A stretch of 64,000 nt of DNA from Myxococcota bacterium. GTDB taxonomy: Bacteria > Myxococcota_A > SURF-8. The notes below the pieces were generated by a model. It worked only from the letters and a program-made list of their open reading frames with translations, made no database searches and was not told where the DNA came from. A program made the translations under genes and the position numbers. The stretch is from contig CAXXQS010000002.1 in assembly GCA_963674735.2 (NCBI GenBank), positions 1,792,001 through 1,856,000 of the forward strand. The letters run 5' to 3'. How positions within the stretch are numbered: position 1 is the stretch's first letter; every line of letters starts with the position of its first letter. Below, piece by piece: positions 1 through 9,505 of this stretch.

Positions 1-1
1 G

Positions 2-1255
2 AAGCGTTTCGGTAAACCCGATTCCCAACTGTTGGCCACCTACCTGGCCGACGGCGGTTATGAAGCCGCGAAAAAAGCCTTGGCCATGGATCCCGATGCC
101 GTCATTGAGGAGGTCAAGAAGGCCAATCTGCGCGGCCGCGGCGGGGCGGGTTTCCCGGCCGGTATCAAGTGGAGCTTCATGCCGAAAGACGACGGCAAGA
201 CACACTTCCTGTGCGTCAACGCCGACGAAGGCGAGCCGGGCACCTTCAAAGATCGCGCCCTGATGCGTCACGATCCGCATCAGTTGCTTGAAGGCATCAT
301 CATCGGCTGCCATGCCATCCGCGCCGATTATGCCTATATTTACGTGCGCGGCGAGATGTGGGAAGAAAAAGCCATCCTGGAACGGGCCATCGGCGAATTG
401 CGCGAAAAAAACTATCTCGGCCAGGGCATTTTCGGTACGCAGAAGAACCTGCATATCGCCGTCTGTACCGGTGCGGGAGCGTATGTCTGCGGCGAAGAGA
501 CGGCCATGATCAACTCGATCGAGGGCAAACGCGGGGAACCGCGCCTCAAGCCGCCCTTTCCGGCTCAGGTGGGTGTTTTCGGACTGCCCACCACCGTCAA
601 CAACGTCGAGACTCTCTCCAACATCCCGCACATTCTCAAAAACGGCGGCGACTGGTTCGCCGGGCTGGGCATCGAAAAGGACGGCGGTACGCGCCTGTTC
701 GGCGTGTCGGGTTGCGTGAAAAAGCCGGGGCTCTACGAGTTACCCCAAGGCACCAACCTCAAATACATCATCGAGGAAGTGGCCGGAGGCTTGCTCGACG
801 GCAAAACCTTGAAAGCCGTCATTCCCGGCGGGTCGAGCTGCCCGGTGCTCAAACCCGACGAGATCGATCGGCCGCACAGCTACGATTCCATGCGCGACGT
901 GGGCAGCATGGCCGGGTCGGCCGGGATCATCGTGATTCCCGAGGACACCTGCATGGTGGCCGCCATGACCAACCTGGCCCATTTTTACGCCCATGAATCC
1001 TGCGGCCAGTGCACTCCCTGCCGCGAAGGCACCCACTGGCTGCACCTGATCATTTCGCGCATCGAAGCGGGTGAAGGGGAAATGGAAGACATCGACCTGC
1101 TGTTGGAGGTCTGCCATAACATGATGGGCACCACCATCTGCCCGCTGTCGGATGCGGCAGCGATGCCGATGGAGTCGTTCGTCACGAAATTCCGCGACGA
1201 GTTCGAAGAGCACATTCGCTTGGGACGCTGCCCCAAAAACGGACAGCTGTCGTAG
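2..1255 (+). CDS. nuoF: NADH-quinone oxidoreductase subunit F (5'-truncated by window edge)
   Basis: GRGGAGFP, NADEGEPGTFKDR, GAYVCGEETA, ESCGQCTPCREG motifs; frame is open from position 2. Confidence 0.97.
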   Translation, partial: KRFGKPDSQLLATYLADGGYEAAKKALAMDPDAVIEEVKKANLRGRGGAGFPAGIKWSFMPKDDGKTHFLCVNADEGEPGTFKDRALMRHDPHQLLEGIIIGCHAIRADYAYIYVRGEMWEEKAILERAIGELREKNYLGQGIFGTQKNLHIAVCTGAGAYVCGEETAMINSIEGKRGEPRLKPPFPAQVGVFGLPTTVNNVETLSNIPHILKNGGDWFAGLGIEKDGGTRLFGVSGCVKKPGLYELPQGTNLKYIIEEVAGGLLDGKTLKAVIPGGSSCPVLKPDEIDRPHSYDSMRDVGSMAGSAGIIVIPEDTCMVAAMTNLAHFYAHESCGQCTPCREGTHWLHLIISRIEAGEGEMEDIDLLLEVCHNMMGTTICPLSDAAAMPMESFVTKFRDEFEEHIRLGRCPKNGQLS

Positions 1256-1266
1256 CAGGAGTCACC

Positions 1267-2919
1267 ATGTCCGAAACGGTGAAGATGATCAAAGCCAAGT
1301 TCAACGACGTCGAGTACGAGTTGCCCGCCGGATTGACCGTTCTGCAGGCGGCCCAGCAAATCGGCGTGCCGATTCCGTATTTCTGCTGGCACAAGCATCT
1401 GTCCATTTCGGGCAATTGCCGCATGTGTCTGGTGGAAACGAAGCCCGGCCCGCCCAAACCGGTGGTGGCCTGCGGTACGCCGCTCAACGACGGCATGGAG
1501 GTCTTTACCGAGACCGATACCATCAAGAATGCGCGTCGGGCGGTGTTGCAGTTTCTGCTGCTCAACCACCCGCTCGACTGCCCGGTCTGCGACGAGGCCT
1601 ACGAATGCAAGCTGCAGGACTACACCTACGCGTACGGTCCCGAAGTCAGCCGCTTCGTGCCCTTCCACGATAAGAAGCGCATTTACAAGCGCGAGGATCT
1701 GGGCAAGATGTGGGTGGAGATGAACCGCTGCATCGAGTGCACCCGCTGCGTGCGTTTCCTCAAAGAGGTGGCGGGCGAATACGAGCTGGAGCGCATGCAC
1801 CGCGGCCACAATCTCAAGATCCACACCTATAAACAAGCCTTCGAGTCCGACTTCGCCTTAAATGCCGCCGACCTCTGTCCGGTGGGAGCGCTGGAAGACA
1901 AAAAATATCATTTTTCGGCGCGCAACTGGGATCTCATCAAGGTGCCGTCGATCTGTCCGAGCTGCTCCATCGGCTGCAACATCGAGATCCATTCTCTCGA
2001 CGGCCGCATCCGGCGGTTGCTGCCGCGTGAAAACGAGGCGGTCAACGCCTGTTGGATGTGCGACGCCGGTCGTCACAACTTCGATTTCGTCGCCGACAAT
2101 CGCTTGAGCGGAGCCCAGGCGCGTCTCGACGCCGATCTGGAAGCGGTCGAGTTGGACGCGGCCCTCGATTTCGCCCATGCCAAGCTCGAAGAGGTCCGCT
2201 CGGTGCACGGCGGGGAAACCATCGGTGTTTTGACCTCGCCCTGGATGACCAACGAAGAGCTGTTCGCCGCCAAAAAACTCGGGACGCTGCTGGGCGCGGG
2301 CAAGGTGGGTGTTTTGACCGGTTACAACCATCGCCCGGTGGTGCCGGTGATGTCGGACATTCTGCCCAAGACGCTGGTGAGCGACGACAAGTCGCCCAAC
2401 TCCACCGGCGCGCGGCTGCTGAATCTGACCGAGGGCGAGGAGGAATTCACCTTCGCCCACGAACTGATCACCGCCATCGAAGACGGCAAGATCAAAAGCT
2501 TGATCCTTTTCCACGAGGATCTGCTTGTACGGCCCGACTTCGATTCCACCGCCCTGCGCAAGGCTTTGGCATTGCTGGACTTCCTGCTGGTGGTCTCCAC
2601 CCGGCCGTTGACGGTGGCGGCGCAGGCCCATCTGGTGTTGCCCGCGCAGACCTGGGCGGAAAAGAACGGTACTTTCACCAATCATGGAAAACGCGTGCAG
2701 CGTATCCGCAAAGCGGTGACTCCGGCGCAGAATACCTGGGACGAACTGAGCCTGGTGACGGCTTTGGGCCGCCGCTTCGAGGCGGATTTCGGATACGAGA
2801 CGTTCAAAGACGCCTTCGCCGCAATGGCGGCCGAGGAAGCGGCCTTCGCCGGATTGACGCTCAAAGGCGTCGGTCAGCTTGGGACCGTGGTGCAAACGGA
2901 AAAACCGTCCGCCGATTAG
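1267..2919 (+). CDS. nuoG: NADH-quinone oxidoreductase subunit G (short, 550 aa)
   Basis: FCWH..GNCRMC (2Fe-2S), HPLDCPVC, CIECTRC..CPVGAL, CPSCSIGC..C Fe-S motifs; follows nuoF. Confidence 0.93.
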   Translation: MSETVKMIKAKFNDVEYELPAGLTVLQAAQQIGVPIPYFCWHKHLSISGNCRMCLVETKPGPPKPVVACGTPLNDGMEVFTETDTIKNARRAVLQFLLLNHPLDCPVCDEAYECKLQDYTYAYGPEVSRFVPFHDKKRIYKREDLGKMWVEMNRCIECTRCVRFLKEVAGEYELERMHRGHNLKIHTYKQAFESDFALNAADLCPVGALEDKKYHFSARNWDLIKVPSICPSCSIGCNIEIHSLDGRIRRLLPRENEAVNACWMCDAGRHNFDFVADNRLSGAQARLDADLEAVELDAALDFAHAKLEEVRSVHGGETIGVLTSPWMTNEELFAAKKLGTLLGAGKVGVLTGYNHRPVVPVMSDILPKTLVSDDKSPNSTGARLLNLTEGEEEFTFAHELITAIEDGKIKSLILFHEDLLVRPDFDSTALRKALALLDFLLVVSTRPLTVAAQAHLVLPAQTWAEKNGTFTNHGKRVQRIRKAVTPAQNTWDELSLVTALGRRFEADFGYETFKDAFAAMAAEEAAFAGLTLKGVGQLGTVVQTEKPSAD

Positions 2920-2994
2920 GCCGGGCGTGACAGGCGGCCGCCTTGGGCGTGTCGCCGTGGATCCGATAACGATCCGAGGGAGAGAAGGGAAACC

Positions 2995-3486
2995 ATGGAC
3001 GCGATCATCTTCTGGCCGTTTGCGCTTCTGGCCCTTTTGGGAGCCGTGCTGCTGATCTTCCATAAAAACCCCATTCATTCGGCATTGGCGCTGATCATGA
3101 CGCTGTTTTCGACGGCGGCCCTGTTCGTGATGCTGCATGCCGGGTTCGTGGCGGTGTTGCAGATTCTGGTCTATGCCGGAGCCATCATGGTGTTGTTCAT
3201 CTTCGTCATCATGATGCTCAACCTGCAACGCGAGGAACTGGGGCTCAGGCGGCATGCGGCCAAAAAGATCGTGGCGACCGTCCTGGCGTTGGGGATCGGG
3301 CTCAAATTCGCCCTGGTCCTGACAGCCCAGCTTTTGCCGCGCGCCGAATTGGCGGCGTCCTTCGGATCGGTGGAAAACGTCGGGATGATGGTGTTCAACG
3401 ACTATATGCTGCCCTTTCAGGCGATCGGCGTGCTTCTGCTGTCGGCGGTGATCGGGGCGGTGGTCGTGGCTAAAACGCGGTTTTAA
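2995..3486 (+). CDS. nuoJ: NADH-quinone oxidoreductase subunit J
   Basis: NPIHSAL, QILVYAGAIMVLFIFVIM. Confidence 0.96.
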   Translation: MDAIIFWPFALLALLGAVLLIFHKNPIHSALALIMTLFSTAALFVMLHAGFVAVLQILVYAGAIMVLFIFVIMMLNLQREELGLRRHAAKKIVATVLALGIGLKFALVLTAQLLPRAELAASFGSVENVGMMVFNDYMLPFQAIGVLLLSAVIGAVVVAKTRF

Positions 3487-3507
3487 CCCGCTTGAGCGAG
3501 GTTTGAG

Positions 3508-3825
3508 ATGAGCTGGTTGACGACAATCACGCTGAACCATTTTCTGGTGTTGGCGGTGCTTCTGTTCACGCTGGGCATGATCGGTGTGATGCTGCGCAAA
3601 AACGGATTGATCGTGTTTATGTGCATCGAACTGATGCTCAACGCGGTCAACCTGGCGTTCATCACGTTCGCCGCCATGCACGGCAACGAGGTGGGCCACA
3701 CGATGGTCTTCTTCGTCATGACGGTCGCGGCCGCCGAAGCGGCGGTCGGGCTGGCGGTGTTCGTCGCCCTGTTCCGCAACAAGGTGACGGTCTACGTGGA
3801 CGAAGCGGCGGATCTGAAACTGTAA
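3508..3825 (+). CDS. nuoK: NADH-quinone oxidoreductase subunit K
   Basis: MCIELMLNAVNL, VAAAEAAVGLA. Confidence 0.97.
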   Translation: MSWLTTITLNHFLVLAVLLFTLGMIGVMLRKNGLIVFMCIELMLNAVNLAFITFAAMHGNEVGHTMVFFVMTVAAAEAAVGLAVFVALFRNKVTVYVDEAADLKL

Positions 3826-3861
3826 CAACCCTTCCCGCATGCAAATCGGCGAGGAGCGAGC

Positions 3862-5940
3862 ATGACGCACCACGAATCGGAACATGAAGCGGTCGCCGCG
3901 GCCCCCATCGGGCCCGGACGTATCGCGCTGTGGGTGATCGCCGCCGGACTGGCGGCCCTGTTTATCACCCTGCGGCTGAACCTGAGCGCCGGAATCGACG
4001 TGACCCGCTGGCTGGTCCTGATCCCGCTGATGCCGGCGGTGGCCTGCCTGATCAACGGCGTATTCGTCAACAAGCTGCCCAAACCGCTGGTGACGGCCCT
4101 GGCCGTGGGCTCGGTGGGCGTCTCCTTTTTCATTTCGGTGATTCTGTTCATCCACCTGAAAATCACCGGCGAACCGATCCAGCAGGTGATGTACAGCTGG
4201 ATGGCGGCCGGAGATTTCAGCGTGAACGTGAGCTTCACGCTGGACGGTCTCTCCGGTCTCATGGCGCTGGTGGTCACGGGCGTCGGCTGGCTGATCCACA
4301 TCTATTCGATCGGCTACATGGCCCACGACGAGAGCTATTCGCGCTATTTCACCTACCTCAACCTGTTCACCTTCTCCATGCTGGTGCTGGTTCTGGGCGA
4401 CTCTCTGCCGCTGATGTTCGTCGGTTGGGAAGGTGTGGGTTTGTGCTCGTATCTCTTGATCGGCTTCTGGTTCACCGACAACGAAAAAGCCACGGCGGGC
4501 AAGAAGGCCTTTATCGTCAATCGTATCGGCGACATGGGCTTCGTGATCGCCATGCTGCTGCTGTTCTGGATCGTGGGCGCGCTCGATTACACCACCCTGG
4601 CGGCGCAGGCCAAAACCGTTTCGCCCATGTGGGCCACGGTGATCTGCTTGCTGCTGTTTTTCGGCGCCACCGGTAAAAGCGCCCAGATTCCGCTGTATGT
4701 CTGGCTGCCCGACGCCATGGCCGGTCCGACGCCGGTCTCGGCCTTGATCCATGCCGCCACCATGGTGACGGCGGGTGTCTACATGATCGCGCGGCTGAGC
4801 TTTCTGTTTGTGCTCGCCCCCTCGGCCATGATGACCGTCGCCATCGTCGGCGCGTTGACGGCCCTGTTCGCCGCCACCATCGGCTTGTTCCAGTACGACA
4901 TCAAGAAGGTGCTGGCCTACTCCACCGTCTCGCAGCTCGGCTTCATGTTCCTGGGCGTGGGCGTGGGCGCGTTTGCGGCGGGGATCTTCCACCTGATGAC
5001 GCACGCTTTTTTCAAGGCCTGCCTCTTTTTGGGCTCCGGTTCGGTGATTCACGGCATGCACGGCGAGCAGGATATCCGCAAAATGGGCGGACTCGACAAG
5101 CTGATGCCCATTACCTCGAAAACCTTTTTCGTCGCCTGTCTGGCCATCGCGGGTATCCCGCCCCTGGCGGCCTTCTTCTCGAAAGATGAAATCCTTTATA
5201 AAACTTTCGCCGTGCATTACGGCGCGCCCAGTTGGCTGGGGGCGGCCCTGTGGCTGACGGGAGCGTTGGCGGCGGCCTGCACCAGCTTCTACATGTTCCG
5301 GCTCTATTACCTGACCTTCAGCGGCGAGTCCCGCGCCCCGGAAGAAATCAAGAAGAAGGGCATTCACGAATCGCCCTATACCATGACCATCCCGTTGATC
5401 GTGCTGGCCTTCCTGGCCATCGTCGGCGGCTGGGTCGGCATGCCGCACATCTTCCACGCTCTGCCCAATTACTTCGAGCACAACCTGGAAGAGACGCTGT
5501 CGGTGGCCAACAACGCCGTGGGCGTGGTGCACGGTTCGGCCATGCTCGAATGGGGCCTGATGCTGATCTCCACCGCCATCGCCCTCGGCGGCTGGATCGT
5601 GGCGCGCGCGCTGTACAAAGACGCCCGAAGCGACGTCCCGGCGCGCATGAAAGAGAAATTCGCCGGTATCCACAAGGTGATCTTCAACAAGTACTACGTG
5701 GACGAGGGCTACTTCTACGCCTTTATCCGTCCCACGCTGAACCTGGGCCTCTTTTTGTGGGGCTTTGTGGATACGTATCTGGTGGACGGCGTGCTGGTGA
5801 AGGTGTCGGCCTGGCTGGTGCGGTCGGCCGGTATGGGCCTGCGGCTCGTGCAAACCGGTAACGTGCAGACCTACCTGCTGGCATTCTTGGTGGGGGCGGC
5901 GGCGCTTTTGGCATACCTGTGGCAAGGCACTTCGCTGTGA
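3862..5940 (+). CDS. nuoL: NADH-quinone oxidoreductase subunit L
   Basis: GWEGVGLCSYLLIGFW, GKSAQIPLYVWLPDAMAGPTPVSALIHAATMV; RBS GAGGAG upstream. Confidence 0.97.
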   Translation: MTHHESEHEAVAAAPIGPGRIALWVIAAGLAALFITLRLNLSAGIDVTRWLVLIPLMPAVACLINGVFVNKLPKPLVTALAVGSVGVSFFISVILFIHLKITGEPIQQVMYSWMAAGDFSVNVSFTLDGLSGLMALVVTGVGWLIHIYSIGYMAHDESYSRYFTYLNLFTFSMLVLVLGDSLPLMFVGWEGVGLCSYLLIGFWFTDNEKATAGKKAFIVNRIGDMGFVIAMLLLFWIVGALDYTTLAAQAKTVSPMWATVICLLLFFGATGKSAQIPLYVWLPDAMAGPTPVSALIHAATMVTAGVYMIARLSFLFVLAPSAMMTVAIVGALTALFAATIGLFQYDIKKVLAYSTVSQLGFMFLGVGVGAFAAGIFHLMTHAFFKACLFLGSGSVIHGMHGEQDIRKMGGLDKLMPITSKTFFVACLAIAGIPPLAAFFSKDEILYKTFAVHYGAPSWLGAALWLTGALAAACTSFYMFRLYYLTFSGESRAPEEIKKKGIHESPYTMTIPLIVLAFLAIVGGWVGMPHIFHALPNYFEHNLEETLSVANNAVGVVHGSAMLEWGLMLISTAIALGGWIVARALYKDARSDVPARMKEKFAGIHKVIFNKYYVDEGYFYAFIRPTLNLGLFLWGFVDTYLVDGVLVKVSAWLVRSAGMGLRLVQTGNVQTYLLAFLVGAAALLAYLWQGTSL

Positions 5941-5954
5941 AGGGGTGACTCGAT

Positions 5955-7550
5955 ATGGACCTGCAAGCTATTCCGATTCTGTCGCTACTGACCTTCCTGC
6001 CGCTTCTGGGCGCGCTGCTGGTGGCCCTCATGCCGTCGAAGGAATTCGGCATGATCAAGGTGTTCGCCGTGGCGTGGTCGGCGCTGGTGTTCGTGTTGTC
6101 GCTGCCGCTTCTGGCCGCCTTCGAGCCGGGCACGGCCGCCATGCAGTTCACCGAGATGCAGGACTGGATTCCGGAACTGGGTATCGGCTATCGCGTGGGC
6201 GTGGACGGCATCTCGCTGCTTTTGGTGATGCTGACCACCTTCCTGACGCCGCTGGTGATTCTGTCGGCCTTCTCGGCGGTGGAAAAGGGCATGAAAGGCT
6301 TTATGTTCTCGCTCTTGTTCCTTGAAACCGGCATGCTGGGCACGCTGGTGGCCACCGACATCTTTTTGTTCTACGTCTTTTGGGAACTGATGCTGATCCC
6401 CATGTACTTCCTGATCGGCATCTGGGGCGGAGCCAACCGCATCTATGCCGCGGTGAAATTCTTCATCTACACCATGGTCGGCTCGCTGTTCATGCTGGTC
6501 GCCCTTTTATACCTCTATATGGTGCACGCCGGGCAGTTCGGCGGTTACACCACCGACCTGCTGGCGCTGGCCAAGACCGCCCTGCCAGTCCAGGCGCAGA
6601 TCCTGATGTTCGCCGCCTTCGCGCTGGCGTTCGCCATCAAGGTTCCCATGTTTCCCTTCCACACCTGGTTGCCCGACGCCCATACCGAGGCTCCCACGGC
6701 CGGGTCGGTGATTCTGGCGGGCGTGCTGCTGAAAATGGGTACCTACGGTTTTCTGCGCTTCGCCATTCCGCTCTTCCCGGTGGCGGCCTACTACGCCTTG
6801 CCCTATATCGCGGGGCTGGCGGTGATCGGCATCATCTACGGCGCGTTGGTGGCCATGGTGCAGAAGGACGTCAAACGTCTGGTGGCCTATTCGTCTGTCA
6901 GCCATCTGGGTTTCTGCATGCTGGGCATCGCGGCGATGAACGTGCAGGCCATCGAGGGCTCGATCTACCAGATGCTCAATCACGGTATTTCCACCGGCGC
7001 CCTCTTCCTTCTGGTGGGGGTGATTTACGAACGCCGCCATACGCGGTTGATCAGCGAATTCGGCGGTCTCTCGGCGGTTATGCCCGCCTTCGCCACCGTG
7101 TTCATGATCACCACGCTGAGCTCCATCGGCCTGCCGGGCTTGAACGGTTTTGTGGGCGAGTTTCTGATTCTGGTGGGCAGCTTCAAATCGATGGCCTTGC
7201 CCTACGCCAAAATCTTCACCGTCCTGGCTTCGACGGGCATCCTGCTCGGCGCGGTTTACATGCTGTGGATGTTCCAGCGGGTGATGTTCGGCCCGGTGAC
7301 CAACGAGAAGAACAAGGACTTGAAAGACCTCAACCTGCGCGAGTTCGTGGTGCTGATCCCGCTCGTTCTGTTGATGTTCTTCATGGGTCTTTTCCCCAAT
7401 TATTTTCTGCGTAAGATGGACGCCTCGGTGGAAAACCTGGTGAGCGTGTACCGCGCCAAGGTGACCGCCCAACTGGCCGTCGAATGGCCCGACGAGGCGA
7501 AGCCGCTGACGCTTTCCGAACTGCTCGGAACGTCGGACGACGCAGACTGA
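5955..7550 (+). CDS. nuoM: NADH-quinone oxidoreductase subunit M
   Basis: FWELMLIPMYFLIGIWG, KVPMFPFHTWLPDAHTEAPT. Confidence 0.97.
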   Translation: MDLQAIPILSLLTFLPLLGALLVALMPSKEFGMIKVFAVAWSALVFVLSLPLLAAFEPGTAAMQFTEMQDWIPELGIGYRVGVDGISLLLVMLTTFLTPLVILSAFSAVEKGMKGFMFSLLFLETGMLGTLVATDIFLFYVFWELMLIPMYFLIGIWGGANRIYAAVKFFIYTMVGSLFMLVALLYLYMVHAGQFGGYTTDLLALAKTALPVQAQILMFAAFALAFAIKVPMFPFHTWLPDAHTEAPTAGSVILAGVLLKMGTYGFLRFAIPLFPVAAYYALPYIAGLAVIGIIYGALVAMVQKDVKRLVAYSSVSHLGFCMLGIAAMNVQAIEGSIYQMLNHGISTGALFLLVGVIYERRHTRLISEFGGLSAVMPAFATVFMITTLSSIGLPGLNGFVGEFLILVGSFKSMALPYAKIFTVLASTGILLGAVYMLWMFQRVMFGPVTNEKNKDLKDLNLREFVVLIPLVLLMFFMGLFPNYFLRKMDASVENLVSVYRAKVTAQLAVEWPDEAKPLTLSELLGTSDDAD

Positions 7551-7602
7551 GACGCGCCGCTTTTGGCGGAGCGGACAACGAAGAAGGTAAGGAGCTGACT
7601 CG

Positions 7603-9090
7603 ATGCCGATCGTGTTTACCCCAGCCGATCTGATGCATGTGCTGCCGTGGATCGTAGTCGTGGCCTTCGCCATCGCCGTGCCGGTGCTCGACGTGTTTGC
7701 GCACGCCGAAACCAACCGTGCCTACGCCGGTTATCTGGCGTTGGTGGGGATCGGGGCGGCGTTTGCGCTGACCTTGTGGCAATGGGGCGCGCCCCCGACC
7801 TCGGCTTTCGGCGGGATGCTGCGTGTGGACGCCTTCGGGCTGTTTTTCAACGCGCTGCTGCTGGCGGCGGCGGGTGTGACCGTGTTGCTGGGCATCGGCT
7901 TTTTCCACGAGCACGGCTTGCATCGCGGCGAGTTCTACGGCCTGTTGCTGATGGCGCTGTCCGGCATGATGCTGATGGGCATGGCCAGCGACCTGCTGGC
8001 GTTTTTCGTCGCTCTGGAACTGATGTCGATTCCCATCTACGTGCTGGCGGCCTTCCAACGTCACTTGAATCAGAGCGTGGAGGCGGCGCTGAAGTATTTC
8101 CTGATGGGCGCGTTCTCCACCGCCTTTCTGCTCTTCGGGATCGCCTTCGTATATGGCGCGGTGGGCGCGACCGGTTACGACGCGGTGATGCAGTTCATCG
8201 CGGCCAAGGGCGTGACGGGCTCGGCCTTTTTGCCCCTGGGCATGATTTTCATCCTGATCGGTTTCGCCTTCAAAGTGGCGGCGGTGCCCTTCCACATGTG
8301 GACGCCCGATGTTTACGAGGGCGCGCCGACGGTGGTCACGGGCTTTATGGCCACGGCGGTCAAGGCGGCGGCCTTTGCGGCTTTCCTGCGGCTGTTCATC
8401 ACCGTGTTTTACGACATGAAGCTGGTGGGCTTCGGCTGGTTCCACATCCTGTGGGTGCTGGCGGTGGCCACCATGACGCTGGGTAACTTGACGGCCCTGA
8501 TGCAGGACAACATCAAGCGTATGCTGGCCTATTCGTCCATCGCTCATGCGGGTTATCTGCTGGTCGGTTTTCTTTCCATCACCCGGTCGCCCGACAACAA
8601 CGGCGCGGCGTCGCTCTTGTTTTACCTGGTGGCTTATGCGGCCATGAACCTGGGCGCGTTCGGAGTGGTGATCCTGGCCGGACGGCGCGACAAGGAAAAC
8701 CTGCTGGTTTCGAAGGGCTGGGCGGGCTTCGGCTTCCGCGCTCCGGCGCTGGGTGTCGCCATGACGATTTTCATGCTGAGCCTGGCGGGCGTGCCGCCGA
8801 CGGCCGGTTTCATGGGCAAGTTTTACGTGTTCAAATCGGCCATCGACCAGGGGCTGGTGCTGATCGCCGTGATCGGCGTGATCAACTCGTTGCTGTCGGT
8901 GTATTACTACCTGCGCATCCTGGTTTTCATGTATATGAAGCCCGCCGAAGAGGGCGCGGAGCTTGCGCCGCTTCGGTCCATGCCGGTGCAGGTGGCGGTG
9001 GTGATCGCGGTGGTGGCGACGCTGCAACTGGGCTTGCTGCCGTCGAGCTTCCTGGTTGCCGCGCAGACGGCCGTGCGCTCCCTGTTCTAA
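7603..9090 (+). CDS. nuoN: NADH-quinone oxidoreductase subunit N
   Basis: EAALKYFLMGA, FKVAAVPFHMWTPDVYEGAP, KRMLAYSSIAHAGY. Confidence 0.97.
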   Translation: MPIVFTPADLMHVLPWIVVVAFAIAVPVLDVFAHAETNRAYAGYLALVGIGAAFALTLWQWGAPPTSAFGGMLRVDAFGLFFNALLLAAAGVTVLLGIGFFHEHGLHRGEFYGLLLMALSGMMLMGMASDLLAFFVALELMSIPIYVLAAFQRHLNQSVEAALKYFLMGAFSTAFLLFGIAFVYGAVGATGYDAVMQFIAAKGVTGSAFLPLGMIFILIGFAFKVAAVPFHMWTPDVYEGAPTVVTGFMATAVKAAAFAAFLRLFITVFYDMKLVGFGWFHILWVLAVATMTLGNLTALMQDNIKRMLAYSSIAHAGYLLVGFLSITRSPDNNGAASLLFYLVAYAAMNLGAFGVVILAGRRDKENLLVSKGWAGFGFRAPALGVAMTIFMLSLAGVPPTAGFMGKFYVFKSAIDQGLVLIAVIGVINSLLSVYYYLRILVFMYMKPAEEGAELAPLRSMPVQVAVVIAVVATLQLGLLPSSFLVAAQTAVRSLF

Positions 9091-9170
9091 CCCAATCTGC
9101 AGGCGGGTCGCACTCGCGGCTTTGCGCCTTTTCGCTTTCTACCGGTTGCACCCGGTGACCATTCTGCCCA

Positions 9171-9201
9171 GTGGGGACCCCCGGCCCGTAAGGGCCGGGT
9201 C
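9171..9201. repeat. GC-rich hairpin downstream of nuoN (REP-like or terminator stem)
   Basis: CCCGGCCC-GTAA-GGGCCGGG (9180-9199) preceded by GTGGGGAC; no U-tract. Confidence 0.5.
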
Positions 9202-9247
9202 GAGGTTTATGGGGGAACCGCATCGCGGAAGGCTGCGCTTGTAATCG

Positions 9248-9274
9248 TGGAGCCCGTCGAGGGTGCACGCTGGA
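9248..9274. repeat. Left imperfect inverted repeat bounding the low-GC gene (partner 10621-10645)
   Basis: TGGAGCCCGTCGAGGGTGCACGCTGGA vs reverse complement of partner TGGAGCCCGCCGTAGGCACGCTGCA. Confidence 0.6.
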
Positions 9275-9278
9275 ACAA

Positions 9279-9460
9279 CACGGCGTTTCAATTCTAAGCT
9301 TTTCACCATTTTCCACCCACTATAATTCGGCTTACGGGTGCCATGGGCCAAGCCTTTGGCTTGCCCATGCTGTTTTCACGGGCAAACCTGACGGTTTAGC
9401 CCGTGCCACCCATCACCAATCGAAGATAATTCGAGACTCAATCAGAATTGAAACGCCCTA
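9279..9460. mobile_element. MITE copy 1 (182 bp)
   Basis: 14-bp perfect TIR GGCGTTTCAATTCT (9282-9295 / 9444-9457); 10-bp flanking direct repeat GCTGGAACAA (9269-9278, 9461-9470); inverted second copy at 54920-55102. Confidence 0.9.
9336..9411. repeat. Inverted REP-like palindrome doublet inside the MITE
   Basis: GGGTGC-CATGGGC-C-AAGCC-TTT-GGCTT-GCCCATG and, inverted, GGGTGG-CACGGGC-T-AAACC-GTCA-GGTTT-GCCCGTG. Confidence 0.8.
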
Positions 9461-9505
9461 GCTGGAACAAACAATACATAGACAAAATTATATTACTAAG
9501 CATAA

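Noticed and set aside
1858-5925. 1355-aa minus-strand ORF
   Set aside because: Antisense shadow of nuoG-L caused by high-GC codon bias; no motifs.
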